A stretch of DNA of 59,797 nt, filler included, from Heptranchias perlo (lineage: Eukaryota): NCBI RefSeq assembly GCF_035084215.1. It is 2 parts of 2 records of this genome, joined end to end, with 100 filler letters (N's around TTAATTAATTAA, not from the genome) between each part and the next. Parts side by side here need not be neighbours in the genome. Positions count along the whole stretch, not along the records: positions 30,902 to 59,797 come from NC_090363.1; 1 more part is not named here. One strand, given 5' to 3'. The position numbers and the translations under genes were made by a program. The notes under the pieces were generated by a model. That model had not been told where the DNA came from. It did no database searches and saw nothing but the letters and a program-made list of their open reading frames with translations. This document shows, one piece after another, positions 59,740 through 59,797 of the stretch (the first letter of the stretch is position 1; each line of letters begins with the position of its first letter).

Positions 59740-59797
59740 TTTAAAATAAAATTGCTGGACTATAACTTGGTGTTGTAAAATTGTTTACAATCTTCAG

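Larger units (their letters stand above)
59552..59791. mobile_element. Penelope-like retroelement inverted pseudo-LTR (palindrome)
   Basis: 93-nt inverted arms 59587-59679 and 59699-59791, each carrying a hammerhead motif. Confidence 0.75.

Overview
Eukaryotic, repeat-rich cartilaginous-fish (shark-type) genomic DNA. No prokaryotic features are present. The left half (about 0.6-23.9 kb, + strand) is a complete, apparently intact, unrearranged immunoglobulin heavy-chain minicluster of IgW (IgD-orthologue) type. Its order is leader, V (23-RSS), D1 (12/23), D2 (12/12), J (23), CH1, CH2, a separate Cys-rich short secretory tail exon, CH3, CH4, CH5, CH6 plus long secretory tail, TM1, TM2. All splice phases are compatible and there are three poly(A) signals. 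After LINE/minisatellite DNA and an artificial 100-nt gap linker (30802-30901) lies a CpG-island promoter and the first coding exon of an ATF6-family gene, most likely ATF6B, an MHC class III gene in mammals. Its first intron appears to fill the rest of the window. The window ends in a Penelope-like palindrome carrying two minimal hammerhead ribozyme motifs. CR1/L2 LINE fragments, tRNA-derived SINEs and minisatellites fill the introns. Exon and RSS coordinates were read by hand; repeat boundaries are approximate.
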